The translations under genes were made by a program, and so were the position numbers. This document shows positions 10,311 through 20,368 of a DNA stretch of 64,000 bases, piece after piece (position 1 is the stretch's first letter; the number at the start of each line of letters is the position of its first letter). Source of the stretch: Verrucomicrobiota bacterium (GTDB lineage: Bacteria; Verrucomicrobiota; Verrucomicrobiia; Opitutales; Coraliomargaritaceae); the NCBI GenBank assembly GCA_039815375.1, contig JBCBZJ010000002.1:32001-96000 (forward strand), in the 5' to 3' direction. The notes below the pieces were generated by a model, which was not told the DNA's origin, made no database searches, and was given only the letters and a program-made list of their open reading frames with translations.

Positions 10311-10469
10311 TAATGTAAGAACGGAGCCAACTTAGAAATCTATCTTAAATGGTTTTTAGTTTTTGGTTTGTTTCACGCCTCCTTTAGAGATTGAAACCAG
10401 TATCTTCCTGTCGCAAAGGCTTTTGAATTGAGTTGATTGTAGGTTTTGGTAAACTTGCAGTTAGGTTTT

Positions 10470-11603
10470 ATGCCACGTATACAATCTCTTATCTGGTTGC
10501 TCTTACTGTTGCTAACCACACTTCAACTCTCGGCTAAGTGGGAAACACTCGAGGGTTGCCGATTGGTTTCCAGCTCTAAAAATGATGGGGATTCCTTTGT
10601 CGTTAAGCACGATGGAGAGACTTACACCTTTCGCTTATACTTTGTGGATACGCCGGAAACCGGGCTCTTCTATCCGGATCGAGTTGAAGAGCAGGCCGAG
10701 TATTTTCGAGCGAATTTGGATGAGATGCTCCATATCGGTAGAAAATCGAAAGATTTTGCCCGGCAATTTCTTTCCGGGCGTTTTACCGTTCATACGCAGT
10801 GGAGTGATGCTCTGGGGTACGGAAAACGTTATTCAGCCATCTTGTATAATCAAAAAGGGGAGAGTTTGATCGAAGCCTTGGTGTCTGAAGGCTTTGCGCG
10901 GATCAAAGGTTTTAAGCCCGGCTCCGCCTGGCCCGGAGGTGTGGACTCGGATGATTACGGCCAGCTTCTCGAAAGACTGGAACGCGAGGCAAAGCGCGAT
11001 AAGGAGGGAGCGTGGCGTAAGGGTGGAGGCATGGCCAGTGAATCTGACGAAAAAGCAAAACCTGCTCCATACGATCGGACGAATACAGAAAGTCCGGTCG
11101 AGACGCTGGGTGATGATTTAATTGACCTTAATCAGGCGAATGAGATTGAGCTCGCCGAGCTTCCGGGGATTGGGCCCGCATATGCTAAGGGGATTGTCGA
11201 AAATCGGCCCTTCTTCCATGTTGACGATGTAGTTCGAGTTCACGGGATTGGGCCGACTACACTTGAACGCTTGAGGCCGCTGGCAAAGGTGACGCTCCCA
11301 TCGAGCTTCCAGAACACAGCACGTTTCTACCTTCAAGACCCTCAGCGGTGGTCCAACAGTGAGGTGCAGTTGCGCGTTGCAGGATTGACTGTAACTGAAG
11401 CTGAGGCTCCCGATGGCTTTAGTCTTTTTAAGGCCGAAACGGGTTCGGCTGAAATTGATGGCGGATTGTTGCCGCTCTATTTACCGGAATCGCGAATACA
11501 GAATGCTCTTGCATACTTCGAGCGAAGCAATGAATCGGTAATGCTCTCGGTCTACTTCTTCGAGTATGCTGATGAGTGGGTGGCGGTGTTACGCCAGAAT
11601 TAG
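10470..11603 (+). CDS. Exported thermonuclease (SNase) plus ComEA-like helix-hairpin-helix protein
   Basis: DGDSF, RLYFVDTPE, LVSEGFAR; IDLNQA...LPGIGPAYA...VHGIGPTTLE. Confidence 0.85.
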   Translation: MPRIQSLIWLLLLLLTTLQLSAKWETLEGCRLVSSSKNDGDSFVVKHDGETYTFRLYFVDTPETGLFYPDRVEEQAEYFRANLDEMLHIGRKSKDFARQFLSGRFTVHTQWSDALGYGKRYSAILYNQKGESLIEALVSEGFARIKGFKPGSAWPGGVDSDDYGQLLERLEREAKRDKEGAWRKGGGMASESDEKAKPAPYDRTNTESPVETLGDDLIDLNQANEIELAELPGIGPAYAKGIVENRPFFHVDDVVRVHGIGPTTLERLRPLAKVTLPSSFQNTARFYLQDPQRWSNSEVQLRVAGLTVTEAEAPDGFSLFKAETGSAEIDGGLLPLYLPESRIQNALAYFERSNESVMLSVYFFEYADEWVAVLRQN

Positions 11604-11658
11604 GCTTTCAGCACTTGGTAAAAATGATGCGACTTGCGGAGTGATCTCAGGAACGTTT

Positions 11659-12450
11659 CTAAGTTTCCCTTCTCCGGCCATTTGTAAAGCTTCGACCGAC
11701 TTGCGCGATTTCACGCCAGAGCTGAATCGTGCTTGCGATTGCAAAACTCAGTATCATCACGGCTAGGCAGATTTTTCCGGTATTTTGGTAGCTTGAGATG
11801 ATATCTGCGGCCGACCAGCCGGCTGCACGCAGGTAGTTCATATCGCCACCTTCGTCTTCGTGCCCATGTAGCATCGTGCCCCATGGTATATCCGCAGCCG
11901 ACTGTGCATTTTGCCAAAAAGTGAAAGTTTCCGCGAAGGTAGAAGTGCCTAAGAAGAGGAAAAGATACTTGCAGTATTGCCATTTGAACTTCTCCGGGAA
12001 ATCCATGAAGTAGGCTATGATCATCAAAGCGCTGAGAATATACTCGCCGCCAATACCTCCCCAATAACTCCACAATTCATATTCATGATGAGGCCAGAAC
12101 CAAGTCATGTAGGCCTGTAGCGGGGCAATCATCACTGCGAGAATCATTGCCCACGGCTTACGCTCGTTCCAGCCCGTGTAGAAAAGCACACCGAGTAGAA
12201 ATATGATTCCGAAGTAGACGAAGTTCGATTTAGTCTCTTCGATGTTTGCCCATCCGATCGGCAGTGGCAGCGCCCGGTAGCCACTAAGCCAAGCGACCGT
12301 AGCATGCCCGAATTCGTGAATCCAGATATGAAACCCTACTAAAAGATTTACAAAGAAGGTTTGGTTGATTCCCACCGTAATCGAGATTACTATAGGAAAC
12401 GCGATGATTTCAGCACGTTTCGATATGGCAGATTGATCGGTGGAAGTCAT
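11659..12450 (-). CDS. Membrane protein with HEXXH motif (M50-like zinc metallopeptidase)
   Basis: IHEFGHA in a hydrophobic segment, several TM helices, C-terminal GGDM. Confidence 0.65.
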   Translation of the reverse strand: MTSTDQSAISKRAEIIAFPIVISITVGINQTFFVNLLVGFHIWIHEFGHATVAWLSGYRALPLPIGWANIEETKSNFVYFGIIFLLGVLFYTGWNERKPWAMILAVMIAPLQAYMTWFWPHHEYELWSYWGGIGGEYILSALMIIAYFMDFPEKFKWQYCKYLFLFLGTSTFAETFTFWQNAQSAADIPWGTMLHGHEDEGGDMNYLRAAGWSAADIISSYQNTGKICLAVMILSFAIASTIQLWREIAQVGRSFTNGRRRET

Positions 12451-12740
12451 TCAATTGGAGAGTTTTCTGCTATTTCGATTCGATAGATGAATGAATCTCT
12501 AGTTTCATAGTAGATAATTGTTTATCACCTATAGGCTACAGGAAAAGAACTCCCGAATATGTCCTAAGCTCGCCGATAGATCCCTAACTGATTAGATAAC
12601 TGAATGTTGGGTTCTAAATAAGAGACTGTTTCCTTTTTCCAGAGGTTAGAGGCGAGTCCTTAAAGATTGCGTCTGACTGGTTTTTCTCCTGTTAAAATAA
12701 GGCCGATTCAGACAAGTCGTTAGTAAAATCTTGTGTGATT

Positions 12741-13139
12741 ATGAAATGGCTCAACAGACCCCTAAAAGTCGGAAAACTTCGCGTCAGCACAATGGACCTT
12801 GTTTCCAGTGTTGCAGCTGCTCTGGGCTATGGAGGCTGGGCTGTTTTTGTTAACTATGAAGTTTCTCCTATGTCCGGGTGGCGTGCTGGTTGTGTCCAGG
12901 GAAGCTATGCCTTCTGCTCAACTCTTTTTCTGACCATTGCGATTCGAAAAATTTACTATCTCGGGGGCTCGGGTAAGCGAGGCAGGCTTATCGCATTTGC
13001 CGTTGGAATAGTGATTATTATTAGCCTGCCTGCCACTTTGAACCTGATCGCTCAAACGCCTAATGTGATTATGACAATCCTTCCCGGGATTTTAATCGGC
13101 AGCGTATACGTGGGTATGTTTGCATATTTGTTGGAATAA
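12741..13139 (+). CDS. Hypothetical 4-TM membrane protein, first gene of the operon
   Basis: Four hydrophobic segments; co-oriented with the downstream operon. Confidence 0.7.
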   Translation: MKWLNRPLKVGKLRVSTMDLVSSVAAALGYGGWAVFVNYEVSPMSGWRAGCVQGSYAFCSTLFLTIAIRKIYYLGGSGKRGRLIAFAVGIVIIISLPATLNLIAQTPNVIMTILPGILIGSVYVGMFAYLLE

Positions 13140-13185
13140 CTTGAGAGGCTGCTCTTTCCAAAGCAAAACCCAATATCTCCAAAGC

Positions 13186-13656
13186 ATGATTCTTCTGAAA
13201 CAGATTCTCTCGATTCTAGCCCTTCTTTCTGTTGGCCTTATTGCGAATGCGAAAGAACCCATTTATACCGGCACTTTTAGCAATATTGCGCTCGGTGGAT
13301 ACGACTCTGTATCTTATTTTGACAGCAAGGGTAAACCTTTGAAAGGCAGCAAGGCCCATACTCTCGAATGGCGTGGTGCCAAATGGCGATTCATCAGCGA
13401 AGCAAACTTGAAAAAGTTTGAAGCGAACCCCGAAGCATTCGCGCCAAGCTATGGAGGCTACTGTGCCTGGGCGATCTCTCAAGGCAAACTTGCCAAAGGT
13501 GATCCCAGTGTTTTTGCTCTGGTCGATGGCAAATTATTTCTTAACTACAATGCTGAGATTGAGGAACGTTGGCAGGCAAATCGCGATGCTTTTATCGAAG
13601 AAGCTGAAGTTAAATACCCCAAACTAGTTACCCTGGGAGAACCTCCTAAAAACTGA
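13186..13656 (+). CDS. Exported YHS-domain protein
   Basis: Signal peptide; GGYDSVSYF, APSYGGYCAWA, DGKLFLNY. Confidence 0.9.
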   Translation: MILLKQILSILALLSVGLIANAKEPIYTGTFSNIALGGYDSVSYFDSKGKPLKGSKAHTLEWRGAKWRFISEANLKKFEANPEAFAPSYGGYCAWAISQGKLAKGDPSVFALVDGKLFLNYNAEIEERWQANRDAFIEEAEVKYPKLVTLGEPPKN

Positions 13657-14784
13657 ATGGCATCAATTAAAGAGAGCTGGATTCTAGAAGAACATTTTAG
13701 TCGTCCGGACGATGCTTCATCGAGCAAGCATGGGGAGACTTCATTGTTCGAGTTTTGGCCTATGTGGTTGATGTATGCACCTGTGGCTCTGCAGTGGATA
13801 GGACTTACACTGAAGTATCGTTCGTTCACCCTTCCGTTTGTGGCCAATCCAAAGCTGACTCTTTCAGGTATGGTAGGGATGCCTAAGAGTGAATTGCTGG
13901 CTCAGGCAACCGGCACACTGAATGATCGTATTCTGCCTTGGATTGTATATGCGAAAACAGAAGCATCTCCCGAAGGTCAGGTGAGCCAAATGCTGGAGCT
14001 TGCGGAGGAATCAGGAATTCATCTTCCCTTCGTCTGTAAGCCTGATATCGGTTGCCGAGGAGTTGGCGTAAAGCGTGTGGAATCCAAGCAGCAACTCGAA
14101 GCTATTTTGAAAAGCTATCCGGTGGGCGCAGGCCTCTTGATTCAGCGCTTGGCAAGTCATGAGCCCGAAGCCGGAGTCTTTTTCGTTAAGGATCCCGATA
14201 CAGGAAGTGTCAGTATCCCGTCCATGACTTTCAAGTTTACGCCTTCTATAGTTGGAGACGGGCGACATACCTTTGGACAACTTGTGGAAAAAGATCCGCG
14301 AGCTGGTCGACTTATTCACCTTTACAAAGCAAGGCATGAGGATCGCTGGAATGAGGTTCTCAGGTTCAACGAAACGGTGAAACTTGTATTCTCTGCAAGT
14401 CATAGTAAGGGGGCTATTTTCAAAGATGCACGTGATTTTGTGACACCTACTTTAGTTCAAGAACTAGGCCACCTTATGGAGGGCCTTCCAGAGTTTTACT
14501 ACGGGCGCTTGGACGTAAAATTTCCTGATATTGCATCCCTTCAGTGTGGGGAGGGGCTCGAGATCGTCGAAATCAACGGTGCCAGTTCCGAATCAATACA
14601 TATTTGGGATAAGGACGCACAATTGAAAGACGCAGTTAAACAACTTCTTTGGCAGTACCGGACCTTATTTCGAATCGGAGCCAGTCATCGTAAACGCGGT
14701 ATACGTCCTCCAGGCATGCGGAAATTCCTTCAGCGCTTAGGGGCCGAACGACGCCTAACCCGGAGCTACCCCGTAACGGATTAG
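13657..14784 (+). CDS. ATP-grasp ligase (Ddl-like, uncharacterised subfamily)
   Basis: FEFWP, PFVCKPDIGCRGVGV, YYGRLDVKF, IVEINGASSE. Confidence 0.85.
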   Translation: MASIKESWILEEHFSRPDDASSSKHGETSLFEFWPMWLMYAPVALQWIGLTLKYRSFTLPFVANPKLTLSGMVGMPKSELLAQATGTLNDRILPWIVYAKTEASPEGQVSQMLELAEESGIHLPFVCKPDIGCRGVGVKRVESKQQLEAILKSYPVGAGLLIQRLASHEPEAGVFFVKDPDTGSVSIPSMTFKFTPSIVGDGRHTFGQLVEKDPRAGRLIHLYKARHEDRWNEVLRFNETVKLVFSASHSKGAIFKDARDFVTPTLVQELGHLMEGLPEFYYGRLDVKFPDIASLQCGEGLEIVEINGASSESIHIWDKDAQLKDAVKQLLWQYRTLFRIGASHRKRGIRPPGMRKFLQRLGAERRLTRSYPVTD

Positions 14785-14788
14785 ACCT

Positions 14789-16576
14789 ATGATGCAGTTA
14801 AACAACCCTTTGCAGGTCTGGAAAAAGCAGTCACTTCCAGTTCGTCTTATCCTCAGATATCTTTCGCGCGTAGACCGTGTCGAAGATATTTATGAACGCT
14901 GGATTCGGGATGAGAAGAATGCTCATGGCGAACCAGGGCCATTTCTTGATTTCTCGCTTCGAATGCTTGGTGCGAACGTGCGATTGCACAACGAACAATT
15001 GCTTGAGCGTATTCCCAAGGAAGGACCGCTGATTGTCGTGGCCAATCACCCGCTTGGTTGCATCGAAGGCATGCTTCTTACGCAGCTGCTACTAAAGTAC
15101 AGGCCAGACACTCGTGTGCTGGCCAACCAACTACTTAAGATTTTCCCTGAGTTTGAGGACATTTTTATTGGAGTGGACGTCCTGAATCCCGGTAAGCAGT
15201 TTGAGAATGGGAAGAGTATTCGTGAAGTTATCAAAACTCTTAGAAACAATGGCGTCGTCCTGATTTTTCCTGCCGGAACTGTATCCGAAATGAAGTTGCC
15301 AGGGATGCATATTGCAGACCCAGATTGGTATTCTACGGTCGGAAGACTCGCGGTGCGGTGCGACACACCGGTTCTCCCTCTCTACATTGATGCACGCAAT
15401 CCCACATTGTTTTATCTTTCGAGCTACATTCACAAGCGTCTACGCACACTATTGCTGCCGCGTGTGATGCTTAAAAAGCGCACGAAACCTATCGACATTC
15501 ATGTTGGCCGAATTGTGCCGGCCTATGATCTCACCAGCTTCGATACTCCCGAAACGGCGACCGGCTTTCTACGCCTTACCTGCGAGCTTCTGAAAAAAGA
15601 CCCTAGTCCTCCTGCAAGTCCGGAAGTTCGCAATTCGAGTGACCTGACGACTAAAGCTCTAGTGCCTCAATCTGATTCCCTGAAAGCCCATGTTGAGGAC
15701 AATAGAGAGGCGTGCCTGATTCAGCGTGAGGACTTCTCAGTACTTTGTCTGCCTTACGATAGAATGGGGCCGCTGATGCCAGCCTTGGCGCTGGAGCGCG
15801 AGCAAACCTTCCGTGCGGTCAAGGAAGGTTCCGGTAAAGTCTTTGATACAGACCGTTTTGATCTCCATTACGACCATCTGATTCTTTGGGATGAAAAAGC
15901 AGGCCGAATTGCCGGCGGCTATCGATTGGGTCGCGTAGACTGCGTCGTCGAAAAAGCAGGCCTTTCCGGCCTCTACAGTCACTCTTTGTTTGAGTATGAC
16001 CACCGGTTTATCAATTCGATTGGCAAAGGCATCGAGGCAGGACGGTCCTTTGTTTCGATAGAATACCAGCGTAACCCCAAGGCACTTGATCTTCTATGGA
16101 AAGGGATAGGTCGATACACTTTGCAAAAGCCGGGATACCACACGCTCTTCGGCTGTGTAAGCGTATCTCCGCAATATAATATGCTAGCGCGTGCTCTGTT
16201 GCGAGATTCGCTACTCACTTATTATGGTTCCGATGCGGATCTGCAAAGTATCGTTAAAGCGCGACACCCGATGAATCTAAACAGTCGGCCATGGTCAGAC
16301 GAAGACCTGCACCAACTGGGAACACTTCCGGTTCTTAACAAGCTGCTCGGGTGCGTCGATGTGCGCACCAAAGTGCCAGTGCTCATTCGGCACTACCTTG
16401 CTCTCAATGGAAAATTTGTCTCCTTTACCGTGAACAAAGGTTTTAACAGCTCGCTCGACGGCTTGATCGTTCTCGATCTGAGAGAATCACCCTCACGATA
16501 CTTAAAACGATTTTTCGACCTCTCTGGTCCCGAAGCATTTGAACCAACCAACTCCAAAACTGCCCATGTTGCATAA
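14789..16576 (+). CDS. Bifunctional PlsC-type acyltransferase / GNAT N-acyltransferase (OlsF-like aminolipid synthase)
   Basis: N-terminal VVANHPLGCIEG and LIFPAG. C-terminal REQTFRAVKEG, DRFD, IEAGRSFV, LLWKGI, PVLIRHYL, LDGLIVLDL. Confidence 0.85.
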   Translation: MMQLNNPLQVWKKQSLPVRLILRYLSRVDRVEDIYERWIRDEKNAHGEPGPFLDFSLRMLGANVRLHNEQLLERIPKEGPLIVVANHPLGCIEGMLLTQLLLKYRPDTRVLANQLLKIFPEFEDIFIGVDVLNPGKQFENGKSIREVIKTLRNNGVVLIFPAGTVSEMKLPGMHIADPDWYSTVGRLAVRCDTPVLPLYIDARNPTLFYLSSYIHKRLRTLLLPRVMLKKRTKPIDIHVGRIVPAYDLTSFDTPETATGFLRLTCELLKKDPSPPASPEVRNSSDLTTKALVPQSDSLKAHVEDNREACLIQREDFSVLCLPYDRMGPLMPALALEREQTFRAVKEGSGKVFDTDRFDLHYDHLILWDEKAGRIAGGYRLGRVDCVVEKAGLSGLYSHSLFEYDHRFINSIGKGIEAGRSFVSIEYQRNPKALDLLWKGIGRYTLQKPGYHTLFGCVSVSPQYNMLARALLRDSLLTYYGSDADLQSIVKARHPMNLNSRPWSDEDLHQLGTLPVLNKLLGCVDVRTKVPVLIRHYLALNGKFVSFTVNKGFNSSLDGLIVLDLRESPSRYLKRFFDLSGPEAFEPTNSKTAHVA

Positions 16577-17066
16577 CTCGCTCAAAAAATCTCTCCTTCA
16601 AGTAGAGACGATCCTCGCTGGTATCGCCGAGCTACCAGCTCTGGAAGCTCATGAAGCCTATGTCGGCAAACGGATTGGAAGCCATGTCCGTCATGTCGTG
16701 GATCACTTCCTCGCGCTTCTCAAACTCACTGCGTCAGATACGGTGGACTACAATTTACGCAGTCGCAACAGCCCCACAGAGACTGATATTGCATACGCTC
16801 GAAATCAAGTCGCTGGCATTATAGATAGCCTTGAAAGCGTGATTTTTGGCTCTCGGGAAGTGGTTTGTCTGTCCGAAATTGACATTTCTGAATCAAAGAC
16901 TGCGGCCTTTAATTCGACAGCCGATAGGGAAGCGCTTTGGGTTTTGAATCATACGATACACCACATCGCTTTGATTAAGCTAATTGCGGAACAATCCGGC
17001 CTCAGTCTTAGTTCAGATCTGGGTGTAGCTCCAGCAACCGCAAGCTTTCAACGCGCAAGTAGTTAG
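16566..17066 (+). CDS. DinB family protein
   Basis: IGSHVRHVVDHF, VDYNLRSR, HTIHHIALI, LGVAPAT; start overlaps the upstream stop. Confidence 0.85.
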   Translation: MLHNSLKKSLLQVETILAGIAELPALEAHEAYVGKRIGSHVRHVVDHFLALLKLTASDTVDYNLRSRNSPTETDIAYARNQVAGIIDSLESVIFGSREVVCLSEIDISESKTAAFNSTADREALWVLNHTIHHIALIKLIAEQSGLSLSSDLGVAPATASFQRASS

Positions 17067-17074
17067 ATTTTTTT

Positions 17075-17824
17075 ATGTGCACGGTATCTATTTTTTCAAA
17101 AAATCAGGGTGTATTACTGACCATGAACCGCGATGAGCGGCGAACACGTTTGGAATCGCCAAGTCCGAACAATACCGACGACTGCTTTTTTCCCACCGAT
17201 TCTATCTCAGCGGGAACATGGTGCGGGCTTCATCGAAAGGGTTATGCTTTAACGCTACTTAATCGCTACGAATCAGAGTCGGAGTATCAGGGTAGTGATT
17301 CGAGAGGGCGGATCATCCCGGAAATCCTTGAGCTGGAGAAGATTTCTGAGATTACGCGCTATATGGCGACGCCAAATCTGTATCGATTTAGCCCGTTTGA
17401 TCTCCTTGTTACTGACAGTGTCTCGGTCAGGCATTTCTCCTGGAATGGTGAGGCATGCCAATTCAAAGAGTCATGCATTGATCAAGCACCCTTTTTCTAT
17501 ACTTCCTCTTCGGAACGGACCGCTGAAGTTGTTGCTTACCGTGAAGCACTATTCGAAAATTTCAAAGTCGAGTACCCGATTCCCAATCCCCGGGAAGTTC
17601 TCAGTCGGTTTCATGGAGTTCGAGATACAAATCTCCCACGAGACGGCATTCTTGTCGACCGCCCCGAAGTTCACACCATGAGTATTTGTCAGATTCAGAT
17701 CAGCGATGAATCGGCTACTTTAGAATACTGGCCAGAGTCCGATCTTGGTAACTGCCTTAAGGGTGAAAAGGCGAAGGCTGGATTTCATAAAACTTTTTGC
17801 CGAAACCTCGAAATGGCAAAGTAG
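17075..17824 (+). CDS. NRDE (TANGO2-like, Ntn-fold) family protein
   Basis: MCTVS N-terminus, NRDE motif, AGTWCG, SRGRI. Confidence 0.9.
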   Translation: MCTVSIFSKNQGVLLTMNRDERRTRLESPSPNNTDDCFFPTDSISAGTWCGLHRKGYALTLLNRYESESEYQGSDSRGRIIPEILELEKISEITRYMATPNLYRFSPFDLLVTDSVSVRHFSWNGEACQFKESCIDQAPFFYTSSSERTAEVVAYREALFENFKVEYPIPNPREVLSRFHGVRDTNLPRDGILVDRPEVHTMSICQIQISDESATLEYWPESDLGNCLKGEKAKAGFHKTFCRNLEMAK

Positions 17825-17872
17825 TTGAGAGCCTTTCAAAATTACATTTGAAAAGCAGGATCGAGAAGTTTC

Positions 17873-18304
17873 TTAAAGTTTCTCTCCTATAATGGGGATA
17901 GTTTTCCGACGGAGAAAGAGAATCATTAAAGAAGCAATGAATACGACTACTGCTAAAGCAAACAGCACTCCACCGTCACCGTTCACCTCAATTCCCAGTC
18001 CTCCAAATAGGTGAAAGAAGATTGCGCCACTGATCACTCCAGCGGCCAGCGAAGATCCAATCCAGATTGTTGCGGGCGTTAAGACAAGCACACTGGCAAT
18101 CAGTTCTGCAATGCCACTACCAATCCGTCCGAATGGCTCCATTCCGACTGTTTCAAAGATGTAGATGGAATCGGGATGCCCGGTAAATTTGAAGAATAGG
18201 GTCTGGATAAGAATCGCTGCAACTGCGATTTGGAGAACCCAAGAGAGGATAACGAGCGGTTTTGATAAACCTGTCGAATCAGAGATGTTGTTTGCGCTTT
18301 CCAT
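17873..18304 (-). CDS. DoxX family membrane protein
   Basis: QTLFFKFTG, EPFGRIGSGIAE, GAIFFHL, DGGVLF. Confidence 0.88.
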   Translation of the reverse strand: MESANNISDSTGLSKPLVILSWVLQIAVAAILIQTLFFKFTGHPDSIYIFETVGMEPFGRIGSGIAELIASVLVLTPATIWIGSSLAAGVISGAIFFHLFGGLGIEVNGDGGVLFALAVVVFIASLMILFLRRKTIPIIGEKL

Positions 18305-18688
18305 GCAGGCCAGAATGTCGAGGCAAAGGCCTCATACAAAAAATATTTTAGTAGAGGTAAAAAGATTAGCCTCTATGATTTGATATCAGATTTGTTTAGT
18401 GGTCAAACATACCTGTATGTGACGGTTCTGAGTGCATCCAAGCCTAAAAAAATATAGCTCATGATACGAAGGATGTTTTGTAGAAGTCTTCTGAGGACAC
18501 TCATGTCGAATCATCGTATAATTGAGATTACTTGGTTGGGATATAGTTTGTAATATTTCTTCAGGCTAGGCTATCTAGACGCGCTTCGTTCTTTGCTGTC
18601 CTATGGGAACTATGCTTGAACGTTGTATAGTCGCTAATTTGTTTGTTTATGGCACATTTTAAAGAGTTTTTCTAGTTTGGCGTATAGG

Positions 18689-19345
18689 GTGAGGTTTTCC
18701 AATACAGCCAGTTACTACCATCTGCTTGAAGATTTTCTGATTGGGTCGGCCCTACAGCGGACTCGTCTTGCACAGCTCAACATTCCGTTGCTTGATGAAA
18801 CGAAAGCTCATGTGCTGATTGTGGGTGAGGGAAATGGCCGCTTCCTCTCAGTGCTCCTGCGGCAATATCCGAGACTTTGCATTACTGTCATCGATGAGAG
18901 CGCTGCGATGTTGGATCGAGCTCAGGCGCGCCTCGAAATGGCAGGGCTCAATTGTGACAATGTGACCTTTCGGGTAGCAGACTTCCTTGCTGTGGAACTG
19001 CCCAGTACTCACTTCAGCCTGATTGTCACGCATTTCTTCTTTTCGAACTTTATAGAGGCTGATGTAGAACGGATGGTTCGCAAGCTATCTGATGCTGCAT
19101 CACAAAACGTTCAGTGGTTGCTTGGTGATTTTGTCTTGCCGGGCGGGGGTATCTACCGGCTTCGGGCGAAGATCTGGTTGTGGATTTTGTATCGCTTTTT
19201 TGGGTGGACGGCTGCAGTGCCCGTCCGTGTGTTGCCTAATGTGGAATCGCATCTCACTCGTTGCGGCTTTGAATGTCGCGCAGAAGCATTCTACTGTGGG
19301 AGGTTGCTGCGAAGTGCCTGTTACAGAAGAATTCCTGGGTATTAG
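18689..19345 (+). CDS. Class I SAM-dependent methyltransferase
   Basis: VLIVGEGNGRFL, VIDESAAML, LIVTHFF; GTG start inferred. Confidence 0.82.
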   Translation: MRFSNTASYYHLLEDFLIGSALQRTRLAQLNIPLLDETKAHVLIVGEGNGRFLSVLLRQYPRLCITVIDESAAMLDRAQARLEMAGLNCDNVTFRVADFLAVELPSTHFSLIVTHFFFSNFIEADVERMVRKLSDAASQNVQWLLGDFVLPGGGIYRLRAKIWLWILYRFFGWTAAVPVRVLPNVESHLTRCGFECRAEAFYCGRLLRSACYRRIPGY

Positions 19346-19426
19346 AGTAAGGTTTAGGACTATTCTTGAAGGTTCCTTTTCCGCATCGCTTCACTATGCA
19401 GCCGGATCCAAGATGAATTTGCTTTA

Positions 19427-19957
19427 TTAGGACTTGGGGCGGAAGATTTGAATCTTGCTGGAGTCGACTTCGATAAAAGGACCTTCGATCAGATCAATGC
19501 AGTAGGGTATCGCAGGGAAGATTGCTTCGAGGCACTCACGGATGGCTTTTGGTTTGCCCGGGAGGTTGACGATAAGACAGTTGCCCCGGATGCCTGCGGT
19601 TTGCCGAGAAAGTATTGCGGTTGGTACATACTTCAGCGATGTCGCGCGCATGAGCTCGCCGAACCCCGGCAGCATCTTCTGGCAGACGGCTTCGGTTGAT
19701 TCTGGAGTGACGTCCCGCACTGCTGGGCCGGTTCCTCCAGTGGTAATGATTAAAGAGCAGCCTTTCTCATCGGCGAACTGTCGCAATTGTTCTTCGATTT
19801 GGTCCTGTTCGTCAGCGACGACGGCATAGGCGGTTTGAAATGGTGTAGTGATCCACTCTTCGAGAAGGGCAACTGCAGACTTGCCCGGGATGTCTTCATA
19901 GATGCCAGCACTGGCCCGATCCGATACGTTGATCACTCCTAGTTTCATTGCGGGCAA
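19427..19957 (-). CDS. mog: Molybdopterin adenylyltransferase
   Basis: VSDRASAGIYED, TTGGTGPAVRDVTPE, AILSRQTAG, NLPGKPKAIRECL. Confidence 0.95.
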   Translation of the reverse strand: MPAMKLGVINVSDRASAGIYEDIPGKSAVALLEEWITTPFQTAYAVVADEQDQIEEQLRQFADEKGCSLIITTGGTGPAVRDVTPESTEAVCQKMLPGFGELMRATSLKYVPTAILSRQTAGIRGNCLIVNLPGKPKAIRECLEAIFPAIPYCIDLIEGPFIEVDSSKIQIFRPKS

Positions 19958-20142
19958 TAATTAGCTGCAAGAAGGCAAGAAGAACACAAAATTATCAGCG
20001 GCTTAAACCGTCGGCATGATTTTCATTTTGTTTCTTTAGCCAGAAAATTGTTTCCTGAGTCTCTAAAATCGCGTTGACGCCTTTTTCGTGAGCCGATTTT
20101 ATTTGGGTTTAACGACGAAAAAGCATACAAAACCTGCTTCCA

Positions 20143-20274
20143 ATGAATCGAATAATGACTGCATATTCCCATCTTGGCATAGATCCAGAGACATGCGGTT
20201 GTCGCCACCTCGGTTGGCTCCTTCTTATCTCCATTGGCTTTCACCTTCCGGGTTCCCGTCGACGCATCGATTAG
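20143..20274 (+). CDS. Putative leader peptide (39-43 aa) of an attenuator
   Basis: Manual translation MNRIMTAYSHLGIDPETCGCRHLGWLLLISIGFHLPGSRRRID*, ending about 30 nt before a terminator that precedes the ABC gene. Confidence 0.4.
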   Translation: MNRIMTAYSHLGIDPETCGCRHLGWLLLISIGFHLPGSRRRID

Positions 20275-20303
20275 CGCGCATTTCGCAATGCCACTGTTTT
20301 GCT

Positions 20304-20340
20304 GCCCCGGGGACCAAAAACCCTGGGCTTTTTTGTTTTT
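20304..20340 (+). terminator. Intrinsic terminator upstream of the ABC gene (attenuator-like)
   Basis: GCCCCGGG-GACCAAAAA-CCCTGGGC (one mismatch) followed by TTTTTTGTTTTT, about 30 nt before ATG 20369. Confidence 0.6.
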
Positions 20341-20368
20341 GTATCCTGACCTTTCAACGAAGACTGCC

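Noticed and set aside
13186..13656. Selenoprotein in the YHS gene (also checked the AhpC-like gene)
   Set aside because: Both motif positions are Cys codons; there is no in-frame TGA.
20234..20368. Upstream TTG start for the ABC transporter
   Set aside because: It would translate through the terminator hairpin into atypical sequence; ATG 20369 is more plausible.
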